This document shows positions 16,964-27,341 of a stretch of DNA of 42,810 nt, one piece after another. The stretch is from UHGV virus genome UHGV-0330108. One strand, written 5' to 3'. How positions within the stretch are numbered: position 1 is the stretch's first letter; the number at the start of each line of letters is the position of its first letter. This DNA comes from a virus. The notes beneath the pieces are model-generated. The model ran no database searches, was not told where the DNA came from, and saw only the letters and a list, made by a program, of their open reading frames with translations. Made by a program: the position numbers and the translations under genes.

Positions 16964-19235
16964 TACCGCTAGCTTGATAGTACGAGTATCATCGACCGGC
17001 GTCGATAAAACTACATCACAACTGAACGGCCTTACCAAGGCGGCGGGGGCCGCTGCCGCTGCCGTTGTCAGTCTGGAAACCGCTAAGCAGGTTTTCAGCG
17101 CGCTGGTGGACTCTCAGCGCAACTTCGATAAGCTAAATTCCGGCCTTATCACGATGACCGGAAGCGCAGAGAATGCGGCTAAGGCTTTCAGCGTCCTGCA
17201 ACAGTTCGCAAAAGAAACCCCGTATGGACTCAATCAGGCGGTAGAGGGTTTCACTAAACTTGTAGCCCTCGGCCTTAACCCCAGCAAAGAAGCGTTAATC
17301 TCCTACGGCAACACCGCCGCGGCTATGGGCAAAGACCTTAATCAGATGATTGAGGCCGTAGCGGACGCCAGTACCTTTGAGTTTGAGCGACTGAAAGAGT
17401 TTGGCATCAAGTCGTCACAGCAGGCAGATACAGTTTCGTTCACTTTCCGCGGTGTCACCACCACGGTTAAGAAGAACTCAGAAGAGATTCAGAAATACCT
17501 GCTAAATATCGGTAACACTGATTTCGCAGGAGCGATGGAAACGCGCTCGAAAACCTTAGATGGTCAGTTATCGAGCCTGGCGGACTCCTTCGACAGCCTT
17601 GTTCTTGCGGTAGCGCAGTCTGGTTTTGGCGATGCCGTAGGCGAGCAAGCTGCGACAGCGGAAGATGCTATCACGGCGCTTACCGACGCCATTGCGTCTA
17701 ACGAGATAGCGGCCACGCTCCAGGACTGGGTGACACTGTTCAATGAGTCGTTCAAGTTTATTTCTGATGCCCTGAATGACCTGGCATTCGATACAGAGGA
17801 CAAATCCGTTGATATGTCCGACTCGCTGGGGACTATCCCTGATGCCATCCGTGAGTGGTTGCCCGACATCCAGCAGACATTCCACGAGGTTATCGCATGG
17901 TTTCAGCGCATTGACGATTACGCCGTAGCGCTTGGCCAGACCCTTGCCGACGTGTTTGACCCGAGCAAAACGGCGGCGCTCACATTTAAAAAACTGACCG
18001 CAGAGGCTGACGCCGCATACGACGCCAGCATAAAACGCGCAGAGGCCGAATCACAGGCCATTACCAACAGGTCTAAGCAGCACAAGAAAGAAATTGAGGA
18101 ACAGCGCAAGCAGTACAACGAGCGCAAGAAGCAAGAAATTGACCTAGCCAGCCTTGTTAATGGGAAGGGGGGAACTGGTGGGGCTGGTGGAACAGGAAAC
18201 ACCAACGACAAAGACGCGAAAGCCGCCGCTAAGAAAGCGGAGCAATTGCGTAAACAGGCGCAAGATTATCTCGATACTCTGGCCCGTCAGAACAACGACG
18301 AGTTAAAGGCCATTGATGCGCAGGAACAGCAGAAACTGGCTAAGGCAAAAGAGTTCTACAGCCAGGGCGCGTTGTCTCTGAAAGAATACGAGCAAGCAAA
18401 AACGGCTATTGTCCTCGAAGCCGGACAAAACCGACAAGATGAACTGGATAAACGCCAGAAAGAAGCCCAGGAAAAGCAGCAGAAAGGTGAAGACTTCATG
18501 GCCCAGATTATGGGCCAGAACGCCGCCGAGCTTGAGCTTCTCGACATCCAGGAACAGCAGAAACTGGCGGTAGCGGATAAGTACCGTGAGCAGGGTCTGA
18601 TTAACGAGGAACAGTATCAAGCGGCGCTTAACGCTATCAATGAGCAGTATGCCACGAAACGTGCGGATGCTTTAGGTAGCTCTTTTGGTGATATGGCGGC
18701 TAATGCTAAAACAGCATTCGGCGAGGCGTCCACCGCGTATAAAGCGTTCGCTATTGCACAGGCAACTATCGCCACGTACACATCGGCTATTGAGGCATAT
18801 AAGTCAACGGCTGCTATCCCTGTTGTCGGCCCATTCCTGGCTCCTGTAGCTGCCGCCACTGCCGTCGCCGCGGGGCTGGCTAATATCGCCAAAATCCGCT
18901 CGGCGCGTGAACAGGGTGGTCAGTTATCAGCGGGCCAGATGTCTACAATAGCGGAGCGTGGCAAGCCAGAAGTTATCATGCCCGCGGGGGCGTCACGCGT
19001 GCGCACCGCGCAGCAGATGAAAGAGATTATGGGGCAAAACGGTGGCCAGTCCGGCGGTGATAACGTCACCATAGTCAACAACACCACCGGACGTGTGGAT
19101 TCTGCCGTAACAGAACGTGACGACGAAGGGCGTTTGCGTATTATAATCAGCGAAACAGTAGCGTCGCAGTTACAGGATAACAACTCACCGATTTCTAAAG
19201 CTCGCCGCGCTACCCGCGGTCAGCCGGGGTACTGA
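16956..19235 (+). CDS. tape measure protein
   Basis: ORF track frame 16941-19235; ~760 aa, Ala/Gln/Glu/Lys-rich predicted coiled coil; located after the chaperone. Confidence 0.85.
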   Translation: MADTASLIVRVSSTGVDKTTSQLNGLTKAAGAAAAAVVSLETAKQVFSALVDSQRNFDKLNSGLITMTGSAENAAKAFSVLQQFAKETPYGLNQAVEGFTKLVALGLNPSKEALISYGNTAAAMGKDLNQMIEAVADASTFEFERLKEFGIKSSQQADTVSFTFRGVTTTVKKNSEEIQKYLLNIGNTDFAGAMETRSKTLDGQLSSLADSFDSLVLAVAQSGFGDAVGEQAATAEDAITALTDAIASNEIAATLQDWVTLFNESFKFISDALNDLAFDTEDKSVDMSDSLGTIPDAIREWLPDIQQTFHEVIAWFQRIDDYAVALGQTLADVFDPSKTAALTFKKLTAEADAAYDASIKRAEAESQAITNRSKQHKKEIEEQRKQYNERKKQEIDLASLVNGKGGTGGAGGTGNTNDKDAKAAAKKAEQLRKQAQDYLDTLARQNNDELKAIDAQEQQKLAKAKEFYSQGALSLKEYEQAKTAIVLEAGQNRQDELDKRQKEAQEKQQKGEDFMAQIMGQNAAELELLDIQEQQKLAVADKYREQGLINEEQYQAALNAINEQYATKRADALGSSFGDMAANAKTAFGEASTAYKAFAIAQATIATYTSAIEAYKSTAAIPVVGPFLAPVAAATAVAAGLANIAKIRSAREQGGQLSAGQMSTIAERGKPEVIMPAGASRVRTAQQMKEIMGQNGGQSGGDNVTIVNNTTGRVDSAVTERDDEGRLRIIISETVASQLQDNNSPISKARRATRGQPGY

Positions 19236-19238
19236 TTA

Positions 19239-19733
19239 ATGAGCGATTTAAGATTCCCTATGTCCCTTCGTCCGATAGTTTCGAAGGGGTACTCCCAGAC
19301 CAGGGGGAGTAATATCTGGCGCACCGAGGTCCAGGGGGGCTTTCCCCGCCAGGGGCGAGACACGTACTTTGAACCAGTGCCGATTAGCGTTACGCTCGTC
19401 GTGTCTTCTCTCGGTCGTCAGGCGTTTTATAGCTTCCTGAACAACATCGACGGCGGGGCGTCCTCGTTTATCATGCCGCATGATACAGGTATGGGCATCG
19501 AGGACCACCAGGTACTCATCACCTCTACGATTAGCGACAGCACCGACGACGGAAAGAACTGGGTAATTACATTCACTGCCACGGCGGAGCGAACAGCGAT
19601 TCAGGAAGACACATGTCTTACTAAGAATCTGCCGGATTTGTTCGGTTGTTATGGCGATTGCTTAGGCGGTTTCCTTAAGGCATACGGAACCGCGCAGTCA
19701 ACGTTTCCACGAATTTGGGACCCAATGCAATGA
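19239..19733 (+). CDS. minor tail protein (lambda gpM-like)
   Basis: Follows the tape measure gene; segments GYSQTRG and SVTLVV resemble conserved gpM features. Confidence 0.55.
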   Translation: MSDLRFPMSLRPIVSKGYSQTRGSNIWRTEVQGGFPRQGRDTYFEPVPISVTLVVSSLGRQAFYSFLNNIDGGASSFIMPHDTGMGIEDHQVLITSTISDSTDDGKNWVITFTATAERTAIQEDTCLTKNLPDLFGCYGDCLGGFLKAYGTAQSTFPRIWDPMQ

Positions 19734-20245
19734 GTCAGGAATCAGTAGAAGCCGCTTATCGCCGTAAGCTGGCGTCAAACCCAGATGGCGAACTGGATTA
19801 CATTACTCTTGAAATAACGCACCCGCTTCTCTCGAAGCGGTGGTTGCTTGTGCGCGGGACGTCTGACCTTACCGCTACTCTTGAAACTGGCGAAACTGTT
19901 ACGTTTGAGGCTACGCCTATGGACGCTAAGAACGCCGCAAACAATAATGACCTGGACCAGACCGCCTCGTTCTCACTGCCGGATGTTCTTAACATTCTCG
20001 ATGAAGAGATGGACCGCATCCCTTACAGCAATACGGAGTTACCTAAATTCATATTCCGACGCTACGTAAGCACAGACCTGTCATACCCGTGCGACGGCCC
20101 TGTAGTGTACGAGTTGCAGACTTTGACGCAAGAAAAAGGCGTGTTCACCGCAGAGACCGGAACACCTATGCTCAACCAACAGCAGACAGGAATACTGATG
20201 ACACCGGAAGAAATACCGCTGTTACGTGGGGTGCTTTTGTCATGA
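19730..20245 (+). CDS. minor tail protein (gpL-like position)
   Basis: ORF track frame 19715-20245; ATG at 19730 overlaps the upstream stop (ATGA). Confidence 0.5.
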   Translation: MSQESVEAAYRRKLASNPDGELDYITLEITHPLLSKRWLLVRGTSDLTATLETGETVTFEATPMDAKNAANNNDLDQTASFSLPDVLNILDEEMDRIPYSNTELPKFIFRRYVSTDLSYPCDGPVVYELQTLTQEKGVFTAETGTPMLNQQQTGILMTPEEIPLLRGVLLS

Positions 20246-20607
20246 GTATCACTGACTATACGGGCCTCCCTTATGACTTCCGTCGTTACAATTGTTGGCA
20301 TCACGTACGCAGGGTGCGCGGTGATGTTGGCCTATCTACGCCAAATTTCGACGTAACCTCCCCAACGGCTATAGACGCGGCGTTTGATGCAGGGCACTCC
20401 GACCCGAAAGGTCTGGAACGCGCTGACAGTCCGCAGAATTACGATGCCGTGTTGCTGGGTACTTATCACAGAGGGCGTGTAGTGTGGCATGCAGGCGTGT
20501 ATTATGATGGAATGGTGAGCCACTGTGAGTTGGCGTCCAGACAAGTTCGCCTTGACCGCCTGGACGATTTACGCGACACATATCAGGAGATTGAATTTTG
20601 GCGATAG
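20242..20607 (+). CDS. tail assembly protein (gpK-like, possible NlpC/P60-type Cys-His fold)
   Basis: ORF track frame 20089-20607; ATG at 20242 overlaps the upstream stop; motif RRYNCWHHV carries a candidate catalytic Cys. Confidence 0.5.
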   Translation: MSITDYTGLPYDFRRYNCWHHVRRVRGDVGLSTPNFDVTSPTAIDAAFDAGHSDPKGLERADSPQNYDAVLLGTYHRGRVVWHAGVYYDGMVSHCELASRQVRLDRLDDLRDTYQEIEFWR

Positions 20608-23147
20608 TCATCCACTACACCCGCAACGAAGACGGGACGTTCTCGCAAAAACGGCATAACGACTCGCCGCTGAATTTCGTCGTAAACCACATCCCTGATG
20701 GTGTGCCGTTTCGCGTTTTCCTCGAAGAGATAGGAGAGGATAACGACGTAACAGAAGATTTTGACGCCTTAAAACAGGATGCCGTTTTTCACGTCCTGGA
20801 AGGTGCTGGCGGTGGGGTAGTCAAAGGCGTGATGAAAGTATTTAGCATCATCCTTAAACCGCTGGCTAAATTACTCGCACCCTCAACAAAGGGCGCGTCT
20901 AACAATCTCGCTAACCAGCAAGCAGACTCTCCGAACAACAGCCTGACAGACCGGAATAACAAGGCCCGCCCATACGAGCGAACTTATGACATCTGCGGTA
21001 GGGTGCAGACAATACCTAATAACCTTATGACCACTTATAAGGTTTTCGATAACGCGGGCCGCATCATTGAGTATGGCTACTATGATGCCGGGCGCGGGTA
21101 TCTTGACGTTAAAGCAGAAGACATCACCGACGGTGACACCAAAGTCCAGGAGATAACCGGAACTTCTGTAGCGGTGTACGCCCCGTACACATCACCCAAT
21201 AACACAAGCTCTCCGCAACTTCTTGTCGGCGAACCTATCGACCAAAAGTTGTATATCACCATCGCATCTAATGAAGTAGACGGTGCGGTACTGAAAGCTC
21301 AAAACGGCATAAGAGTAAACCCAAGCGACACCGGCGAGATATCGCTGCAAGGGACAACAGGTATTGTACGTGATGCAACCGGGGATTCCGCGTTTACAGA
21401 AATTCTGTCAGTTGGCGATGTGGCCGTTTTCAATCTCATTCTGGTAAAAGATGTTGCTAACGTAAGCGGTAATTATACAGTTACTTACGTTGACGATTTC
21501 GAGGTTAGAGTCGCGGTAGGTGGTATGCTCACCGAATGGCAGAAGTTGCCGTCTGGTTTTACCCGGCTGACGCAGGGCAATGAGGCGTGGATTTCACCCT
21601 CAAACACGTATGATAAGTCATTGACGGACTGGACGACACTCAACCGTCTGCCGGTAGAGCGCATCGTTGCCAATATCGCCGCCGCTAACGGCATGTATAA
21701 AGACAACGGCAGTAAACTAAGGGCGTCTGTCACAGTCGAGTTGCAGTACCAGTTACTCGATTCCACAGGAACTCCTTACGGGCCTGTATATAGTAAGCAA
21801 GGAACTATATCAGGGCGCTCCTCGGACTACACAGGTGTGACAATCTACGCTGACCTGCCATCATCGTCTAATGTTCGTGTACGGGCGCGCAGGGTGACAA
21901 ACCTTGACCTTGCTTTCGATGGTACAGTGGTTGATGAGGTTTCGTACATAAACCTGTACGGGCAAATACGCGACACCACACCTAACTACGGCAACAGAAC
22001 CACCGTGCATTCCGCACGTAAACAGACACCAAGGGCCGCAGAGGTTAAACAGCCACAATTGCGAATGGTAGTAACTGAGATGGTGTACAAATATCTCGGT
22101 AACGGTGTTTTTGACTCCGTAAGAACGCCAAACACGCAAGCGGTACAGTCGCTGATTCGTCTTGCCCGTGACCCGGATGTCGGCGCGTTGAATCTGACAA
22201 CGGCAAATATGGATAAACTTCTGGCGGTACAAAGCGAAATTGAGAGTTATTTCGGTAGCGCATCCGCAGGAGAGTTTTGCTATACGTTTGACGATTACAA
22301 AACTACGATGCAGGACATAGTAACTACGATAGCGGAAGCAATTTTCTGCACTCCATACCGGAGAGGAGCGGATATTCTTCTGGACTTTGAACGCCCGCGG
22401 ATTGGTCCTGAGATGGTATTCACCCACCGCAGCAAAACTACCGCTACGGAGAAGTGGACACGTACGTTTAACGACGCCCAGGTATACGATAGCCTTAAGT
22501 TTTCATACATCGACCCAGATACTAACGTCAAAGAGACTATTAGCATACCGGCAGAAGGCGGGGTTAATACTGAAACGTACGACTCTAAGGGTATCAGGAA
22601 TTATCGTCAGGCATACTGGGCGGCGTACCGCCGGTATCAGAAAAACCTGTTGAAGAAGGTGGCGGTGTCATTCACGGCGACAGAAGAAGGGATTTTTGCG
22701 ATGCCAGGACGTGCCGTAAGTGTGGTGAAAGGTTCTCGCATGGCCCCCCAGGATGGCTATATAATCGCCGTTAACGGCCTGACGCTTACGTTATCACAAC
22801 CTGTTACGTTTACCCCCGGAGATGACCATTCACTCATCCTTAAGAAGCGAGACGGCGGAGTTCAAAGTGTTGCCGTTGTGCCTGGAAGCCACGACCGTGA
22901 AGTGGTTATGCTCTCCGCGCCTCAGGAGGCGATATACACAGGGAATAGCGCACTAAAAACTGAGTTTTCATTCGGCAACGAAGCAAGGCATAATGCTCAG
23001 ATGATTCTTGTTTCTACAGTTGACCCCGGAGACGACAGAACGGTTAAGATTACCGGGGTTAACTACGAAGCGGATTTCTACAAATACGACGGCGTCGCGC
23101 CTTTTGGTCGCGGTTTCTCCGACGGATTCAGTAACGGTTTTAGTTAA
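20598..23147 (+). CDS. tail tip / central tail fibre protein (gpJ-like, possibly with a gpI-like N-terminal region)
   Basis: 849 aa ORF after the M/L/K-like genes; TTG start with AGGAG upstream; N-terminal GAGGGVVKGVMKVF segment. Confidence 0.65.
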   Translation: MAIVIHYTRNEDGTFSQKRHNDSPLNFVVNHIPDGVPFRVFLEEIGEDNDVTEDFDALKQDAVFHVLEGAGGGVVKGVMKVFSIILKPLAKLLAPSTKGASNNLANQQADSPNNSLTDRNNKARPYERTYDICGRVQTIPNNLMTTYKVFDNAGRIIEYGYYDAGRGYLDVKAEDITDGDTKVQEITGTSVAVYAPYTSPNNTSSPQLLVGEPIDQKLYITIASNEVDGAVLKAQNGIRVNPSDTGEISLQGTTGIVRDATGDSAFTEILSVGDVAVFNLILVKDVANVSGNYTVTYVDDFEVRVAVGGMLTEWQKLPSGFTRLTQGNEAWISPSNTYDKSLTDWTTLNRLPVERIVANIAAANGMYKDNGSKLRASVTVELQYQLLDSTGTPYGPVYSKQGTISGRSSDYTGVTIYADLPSSSNVRVRARRVTNLDLAFDGTVVDEVSYINLYGQIRDTTPNYGNRTTVHSARKQTPRAAEVKQPQLRMVVTEMVYKYLGNGVFDSVRTPNTQAVQSLIRLARDPDVGALNLTTANMDKLLAVQSEIESYFGSASAGEFCYTFDDYKTTMQDIVTTIAEAIFCTPYRRGADILLDFERPRIGPEMVFTHRSKTTATEKWTRTFNDAQVYDSLKFSYIDPDTNVKETISIPAEGGVNTETYDSKGIRNYRQAYWAAYRRYQKNLLKKVAVSFTATEEGIFAMPGRAVSVVKGSRMAPQDGYIIAVNGLTLTLSQPVTFTPGDDHSLILKKRDGGVQSVAVVPGSHDREVVMLSAPQEAIYTGNSALKTEFSFGNEARHNAQMILVSTVDPGDDRTVKITGVNYEADFYKYDGVAPFGRGFSDGFSNGFS

Positions 23148-23159
23148 AGAGGACTCTAT

Positions 23160-25238
23160 ATGTCAAGCGGATGCGGTGACGTTTTAAGCCTGGCGGATTT
23201 ACAAACAGCCAAGAAACACCAGATTTTCGAAGCTGAAGTTATCACCGGTAAGTCCGGCGGCGTTGCGGGCGGTGCTGATATCGATTACGCGACCAACGCG
23301 GTTACAGGGCAGACGCAGAAAACTCTACCTGCTGTTTTACGCGATGCAGGCTTTTCTCCTGTGTCATGGGACTTCTCAACCGGCGGAACTTTAACTGTTA
23401 ACGACCGTGACAAAGTGGTTTACGACCCTGTGAGCAAAACGTGGTATTCGTACGCAGGTGCACTTCCTGTTACAGTTCCTGCTGGTTTTAACCCTGTTGG
23501 TAATGCGGACTGGAAACCACAGACAGACCCGGATTTACGTGGTGACCTATCTGACCCTAACGGCGCTACAACGCACCCGGAGTTTCAGCTTGCACGTTGG
23601 CGAGAAATTGGGGACCCGCGAGGTTGGGGTGGGGTTGGTGATGGCGTAGCCGACGACACTACAGCAGTATCATCAGCATTACAAACAGGAAAACTTAACC
23701 TCGGCGGTAAGACATGGAAAATTACTAGCCAAATAACAAAGACAGGTAAAGTTAGCATAACCGGTCCTGGCACCATTATCTCACCAACTATTGCTATTAA
23801 GGTTACTGATGGCTCCGGTAGCGTAGTCGATAATGTGACGTTTATGCCAGATAAAGTACCATATACCATCCGCCGTGACCACGGAACCTGGGCTATGGTT
23901 GGCACTTGGGAGCAACGCTATGATGGGTATATACCTACTCCGCAAGATGTCGATATTTGGTCTTCTGTCCCTTCTGATGTGCGTACATATAACACCGGCA
24001 TAGGTACAGGGGTACTTTTCACCGTATCCTCTCCAGCTGGCGGCAGTAATGTTAAGGTGTCCCGAATAAGCGGGTCACAGGTTAATATCATCTTAGAGGG
24101 CTATACCGACTCTACGGTCGATGAATGCTCTTGCGGAGTTGGGCAGCTTACACTTGGTGGTATATTTTTCCATAATGGGGTTATGCGTGCTTATAATCAG
24201 GCGTTATTAGGGTTCAGGTTACCGAGAGGAGCCGGAAACAAAGTAACAAATTGCTCTATAAAATACTCTAGTTTGTGCGGTATTGTTTTTGGTGGGAACG
24301 ATTATTTTACGATATCCGGGAATACATCAACCGACCATGCGGAATCCGCGTATAAATTATTGCAGTATGATGCCGTCGAGGGTATTACTGACGACGAAGA
24401 GGTGATGTGCCGCCGCGGCAACATATACGGTAACTCTGCAGGTTTTTGCTACTATGATGGGTTTGATTTACAGTCGATTTACGGTGCTGGCTTTAAGTTT
24501 GTTTTCGGTGGACACACGATAACCGGGAATATTTCCGAAAGAAACAGATTAACAGGATTTCACACGAACTCAGCCTACAACAATGTAACAGCAAACATCG
24601 CAAATGTTTGTGGAGATACTGGAATAAATGTAATAGGCACAGGTAACACTGTACAAGGGAACAAAGCTATGGATTGTGCGCTGGCCCCATCTAACCCTCA
24701 GGCCTTTCAGATTGCCGTGCAAGGGGATGACTGTGTTAGCTTTGGGAATAGCATTAAGAAAACAACAGCATACTCTACGTATGATTACATCCATACGGGT
24801 TTACTTGGAGCAGAGCCAACAAGCTCACACGAGGGTATTGATTTTGGTAACTACTGTGAAGAAGGGTCCGCAAGAATTTATGTGTCCAGCAGCATAAAAT
24901 CCCAACGCAATACGTTTAATGCCGCGATTAAAGCAGTTACCTTATCTGCTAATGGTCCGACCACTGTCACGGGTAACTACACGGTCACAGAAACAGATTA
25001 TGCACTGTCATTCTTTACTACATCGGGCGCTGTAGTGACACTGCCGCCTGCGTCGGCTAACAAAGGCCGAGTTTTAGAAATGCGCAACACGTCTGCTTAC
25101 GGTGTGGTTTCGGCCTCAAATAACGTAGGACAGATTTCTGGCGGTAGCCCAACAAATGCGATTCTACCGGACACTGTAGGTTCGTGGTGTAAGCTACAAT
25201 CTAACGGTTCAGAATGGCTCATCATGGCAAAAGGGTAA
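23160..25238 (+). CDS. tailspike / receptor-binding protein with beta-helix-like repeats (candidate polysaccharide depolymerase)
   Basis: 692 aa; GAGGA RBS; central region has periodic G/N/T-rich repeats (e.g. GNTSTDH, GNISERN, GNTVQGN); last structural gene before a bidirectional terminator. Confidence 0.75.
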   Translation: MSSGCGDVLSLADLQTAKKHQIFEAEVITGKSGGVAGGADIDYATNAVTGQTQKTLPAVLRDAGFSPVSWDFSTGGTLTVNDRDKVVYDPVSKTWYSYAGALPVTVPAGFNPVGNADWKPQTDPDLRGDLSDPNGATTHPEFQLARWREIGDPRGWGGVGDGVADDTTAVSSALQTGKLNLGGKTWKITSQITKTGKVSITGPGTIISPTIAIKVTDGSGSVVDNVTFMPDKVPYTIRRDHGTWAMVGTWEQRYDGYIPTPQDVDIWSSVPSDVRTYNTGIGTGVLFTVSSPAGGSNVKVSRISGSQVNIILEGYTDSTVDECSCGVGQLTLGGIFFHNGVMRAYNQALLGFRLPRGAGNKVTNCSIKYSSLCGIVFGGNDYFTISGNTSTDHAESAYKLLQYDAVEGITDDEEVMCRRGNIYGNSAGFCYYDGFDLQSIYGAGFKFVFGGHTITGNISERNRLTGFHTNSAYNNVTANIANVCGDTGINVIGTGNTVQGNKAMDCALAPSNPQAFQIAVQGDDCVSFGNSIKKTTAYSTYDYIHTGLLGAEPTSSHEGIDFGNYCEEGSARIYVSSSIKSQRNTFNAAIKAVTLSANGPTTVTGNYTVTETDYALSFFTTSGAVVTLPPASANKGRVLEMRNTSAYGVVSASNNVGQISGGSPTNAILPDTVGSWCKLQSNGSEWLIMAKG

Positions 25239-25277
25239 AAAAAAACTAAGGCCCCAAACGGGGCCTTTTCTTTACTC
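25239..25277. terminator. bidirectional rho-independent terminator cassette
   Basis: A9-CT-AAGGCCCC-AAAC-GGGGCCTT-TTCTTTACTC; core identical to 13917-13950; contains the stop codon of a minus-strand small gene. Confidence 0.65.
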
Positions 25278-25409
25278 TTCTGATAACTTCTCAAGTACAA
25301 ACGCCAGTTGCGCATTAGCGGCGTCTCTTTGCTGGCGTAGTCGTAGAACCTCCTCCTCGAGTTCCTTGATACGTTTTTGCAATGCTGGAATCGGGGCTAT
25401 GATGTTCAT
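25272..25409 (-). CDS. small coiled-coil protein (45 aa, MNIIAPIPALQKRIKELEEEVLRLRQQ...)
   Basis: Not in the ORF track; ATG overlaps the helicase stop (ATGA); GAGGTAAG upstream. Confidence 0.4.
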   Translation of the reverse strand: MNIIAPIPALQKRIKELEEEVLRLRQQRDAANAQLAFVLEKLSEE

Positions 25410-26839
25410 TTCTTACCTCGTCTCTTCATGTAATTGAGTAATTCTTCCTGGACCGATTTCTTCTCGTCAGTGCGTGCGGCAACAACCTCGTCCAGCGTGT
25501 CTTTAGCAACGATGCGGTAGAGGAACACCGGGCGCTCGTGTCCCGCCTGTTTCTGGCGCACAGGACCTATGCGCTCCACGACCTGCAAATAGTGCTCAAG
25601 GTTCCAGCCTTGCGAAATAAACGCCAGATGATGGCCGCCGTCCTGTAAATTCAAACCATGGCCGGCTGACGCAGGGTGCACACATAAGATTTCGATTTCT
25701 CCTCGGTTCCACGCTTCCATCTGCTTATTGCCTTTAGCACCTTTGGCGAACGCCTGTGCCTGCGGGAAACGTTTCAGGATGCGTTCCAGTTCGTGCTTGA
25801 ACTGATAGGCGACCAGTAGCGGTGCGCCCTGTAACTCCTCCACAATTGACTCCAGCGCATCCAGTTTCGTATCGTGCACTTTCTCCCAGTCTTTGGTTGC
25901 TTCTCCGTCAGGCCCCGATACATATACGGCACCAGATGCAATCTGCAGACACTTTGACGTCTTCGCCGCAGCGTTAGCCGCTTCAACTTCCCCGCTCTCG
26001 AGTTCCGCAAATAACTTCTCTTCCATATCTACGTACGCCTGACGCGCTTTCTTCGGCAGGTCGATTTCAACCGGTACAATAATCGGCGCTTCGCATCCGA
26101 ACCACTCAGCGGCGTCAATCGTGAGACTAATGTCCTTCATCTTCTGGTGGATTTCATTATCAGCACCAGGGCGGGCATGATACTCACGCGCCATAGCAGA
26201 TTTGCCTTTCTGCACCGAGTTAAACCAGCGGTCGGTGAATGCCGTGTACGACGACCCCAGGCGCTCGCCCGCGTCGATAAACCAGTTCTGGCCCCACAAG
26301 TCCTTGAGGCCGTTTGGTGACGGTGTGCCTGTCAGGTTAATGAAACGTTTAACCTTTCCGAACGCCACTTTACTAAGCGCCTTTGCCCTCTTGCTACCGC
26401 CCGAACGGCTACGGAATGATTTCAGCTTCGTGCTTTCATCGGCGACTATAACCGTAAAAGGCCAGTCGTCTTTGCCGTAGTAGTCAATAAGCCACTCGAT
26501 AACTTCGTAGTTCGTGCATACCACGTTAGCGTCCGACTCCAGCGCCGCGATGCGGCGCTTCTCGGAATCGGTCGCATCTACGACGCGCAGACACGGGAAA
26601 CCCCACTTAGTTTGTTCTGATGGCCATGTACCAGACGCAACTCGCAGCGGGGCGAGGATTAACACGCGGTCATCATCATCATTAAGTTGGCCGTTGCGGA
26701 ACAGTCGGTTAAGCACCCACATAGTTGCGGAACTTTTGCCCGCGCCCATCGAAGCCCAAATATTACAGCGCGGATGTTGCAGCATGAACGAAGTCATGAG
26801 CTTTTGGTACTCTCGACGGATAAATTTAGACATAATCAA
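25406..26839 (-). CDS. SNF2/DEAD-box-like ATP-dependent helicase
   Basis: Walker A SMGAGKSS, DExx box VADEST, NLTGTPSPN, and late motif HPASAGHGLNLQ. Confidence 0.8.
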   Translation of the reverse strand: MIMSKFIRREYQKLMTSFMLQHPRCNIWASMGAGKSSATMWVLNRLFRNGQLNDDDDRVLILAPLRVASGTWPSEQTKWGFPCLRVVDATDSEKRRIAALESDANVVCTNYEVIEWLIDYYGKDDWPFTVIVADESTKLKSFRSRSGGSKRAKALSKVAFGKVKRFINLTGTPSPNGLKDLWGQNWFIDAGERLGSSYTAFTDRWFNSVQKGKSAMAREYHARPGADNEIHQKMKDISLTIDAAEWFGCEAPIIVPVEIDLPKKARQAYVDMEEKLFAELESGEVEAANAAAKTSKCLQIASGAVYVSGPDGEATKDWEKVHDTKLDALESIVEELQGAPLLVAYQFKHELERILKRFPQAQAFAKGAKGNKQMEAWNRGEIEILCVHPASAGHGLNLQDGGHHLAFISQGWNLEHYLQVVERIGPVRQKQAGHERPVFLYRIVAKDTLDEVVAARTDEKKSVQEELLNYMKRRGKK

Positions 26840-27030
26840 CCCTTAATGTAGAGTACCAGCTCTTTACGCCCGAACGCCGTAACGTTACCGGTTACGTCTT
26901 CAATAACCAGTTTACCGTTCGACTCGACGTACACCGTATCAACGGCAACAGGCTGTCGAGTCTTAACGTTGAAAATCATGTCGCCAGGTACGATGTCACG
27001 CGCTGGTTTGCGGTCATATTCGTGTTTCAT
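26836..27030 (-). CDS. hypothetical protein (64 aa)
   Basis: ORF track; initiation region TAAGGAATTGAGAAATG is identical to that of 27045-27338. Confidence 0.5.
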   Translation of the reverse strand: MKHEYDRKPARDIVPGDMIFNVKTRQPVAVDTVYVESNGKLVIEDVTGNVTAFGRKELVLYIKG

Positions 27031-27044
27031 TTCTCAATTCCTTA

Positions 27045-27338
27045 TCAGTACATTAATTCGTTTATTTTCTTATCCAAAGATTCTTTTGAGTAAAAGAAAC
27101 CCATGTGTCTCCCCTTAAATACGAGCCTGTACACATTCTCATCATCTTCAGTAGTAGAAAGGAAAACCCTACAACTAGTTCGGAACTCTCTTACTTTGTC
27201 ACCAAACGCCAATTGCTCCCATTTTACTAAAGGAAATTCTTTTAACATATTGGCGTACAAGTCATTCGCAGTAGCCACTAAGCCCGCATCTAATAGTATG
27301 GCTATTCTCTGCGCGTAATCTAAAAGGACCTTATTCAT
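27045..27338 (-). CDS. hypothetical protein (97 aa), AT-rich cassette
   Basis: ORF track; flanked by 18-bp direct repeats CATTTCTCAATTCCTTAT; visibly more AT-rich than neighbours. Confidence 0.5.
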   Translation of the reverse strand: MNKVLLDYAQRIAILLDAGLVATANDLYANMLKEFPLVKWEQLAFGDKVREFRTSCRVFLSTTEDDENVYRLVFKGRHMGFFYSKESLDKKINELMY

Positions 27339-27341
27339 TTC

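Noticed and set aside
25097-25315. 72-aa minus-strand ORF overlapping the 3' end of the tailspike gene and the bidirectional terminator
   Set aside because: Spans the terminator hairpin and overlaps the tailspike coding region in antisense; the coupled 45-aa gene at 25272-25409 is a better explanation of the coding signal here.
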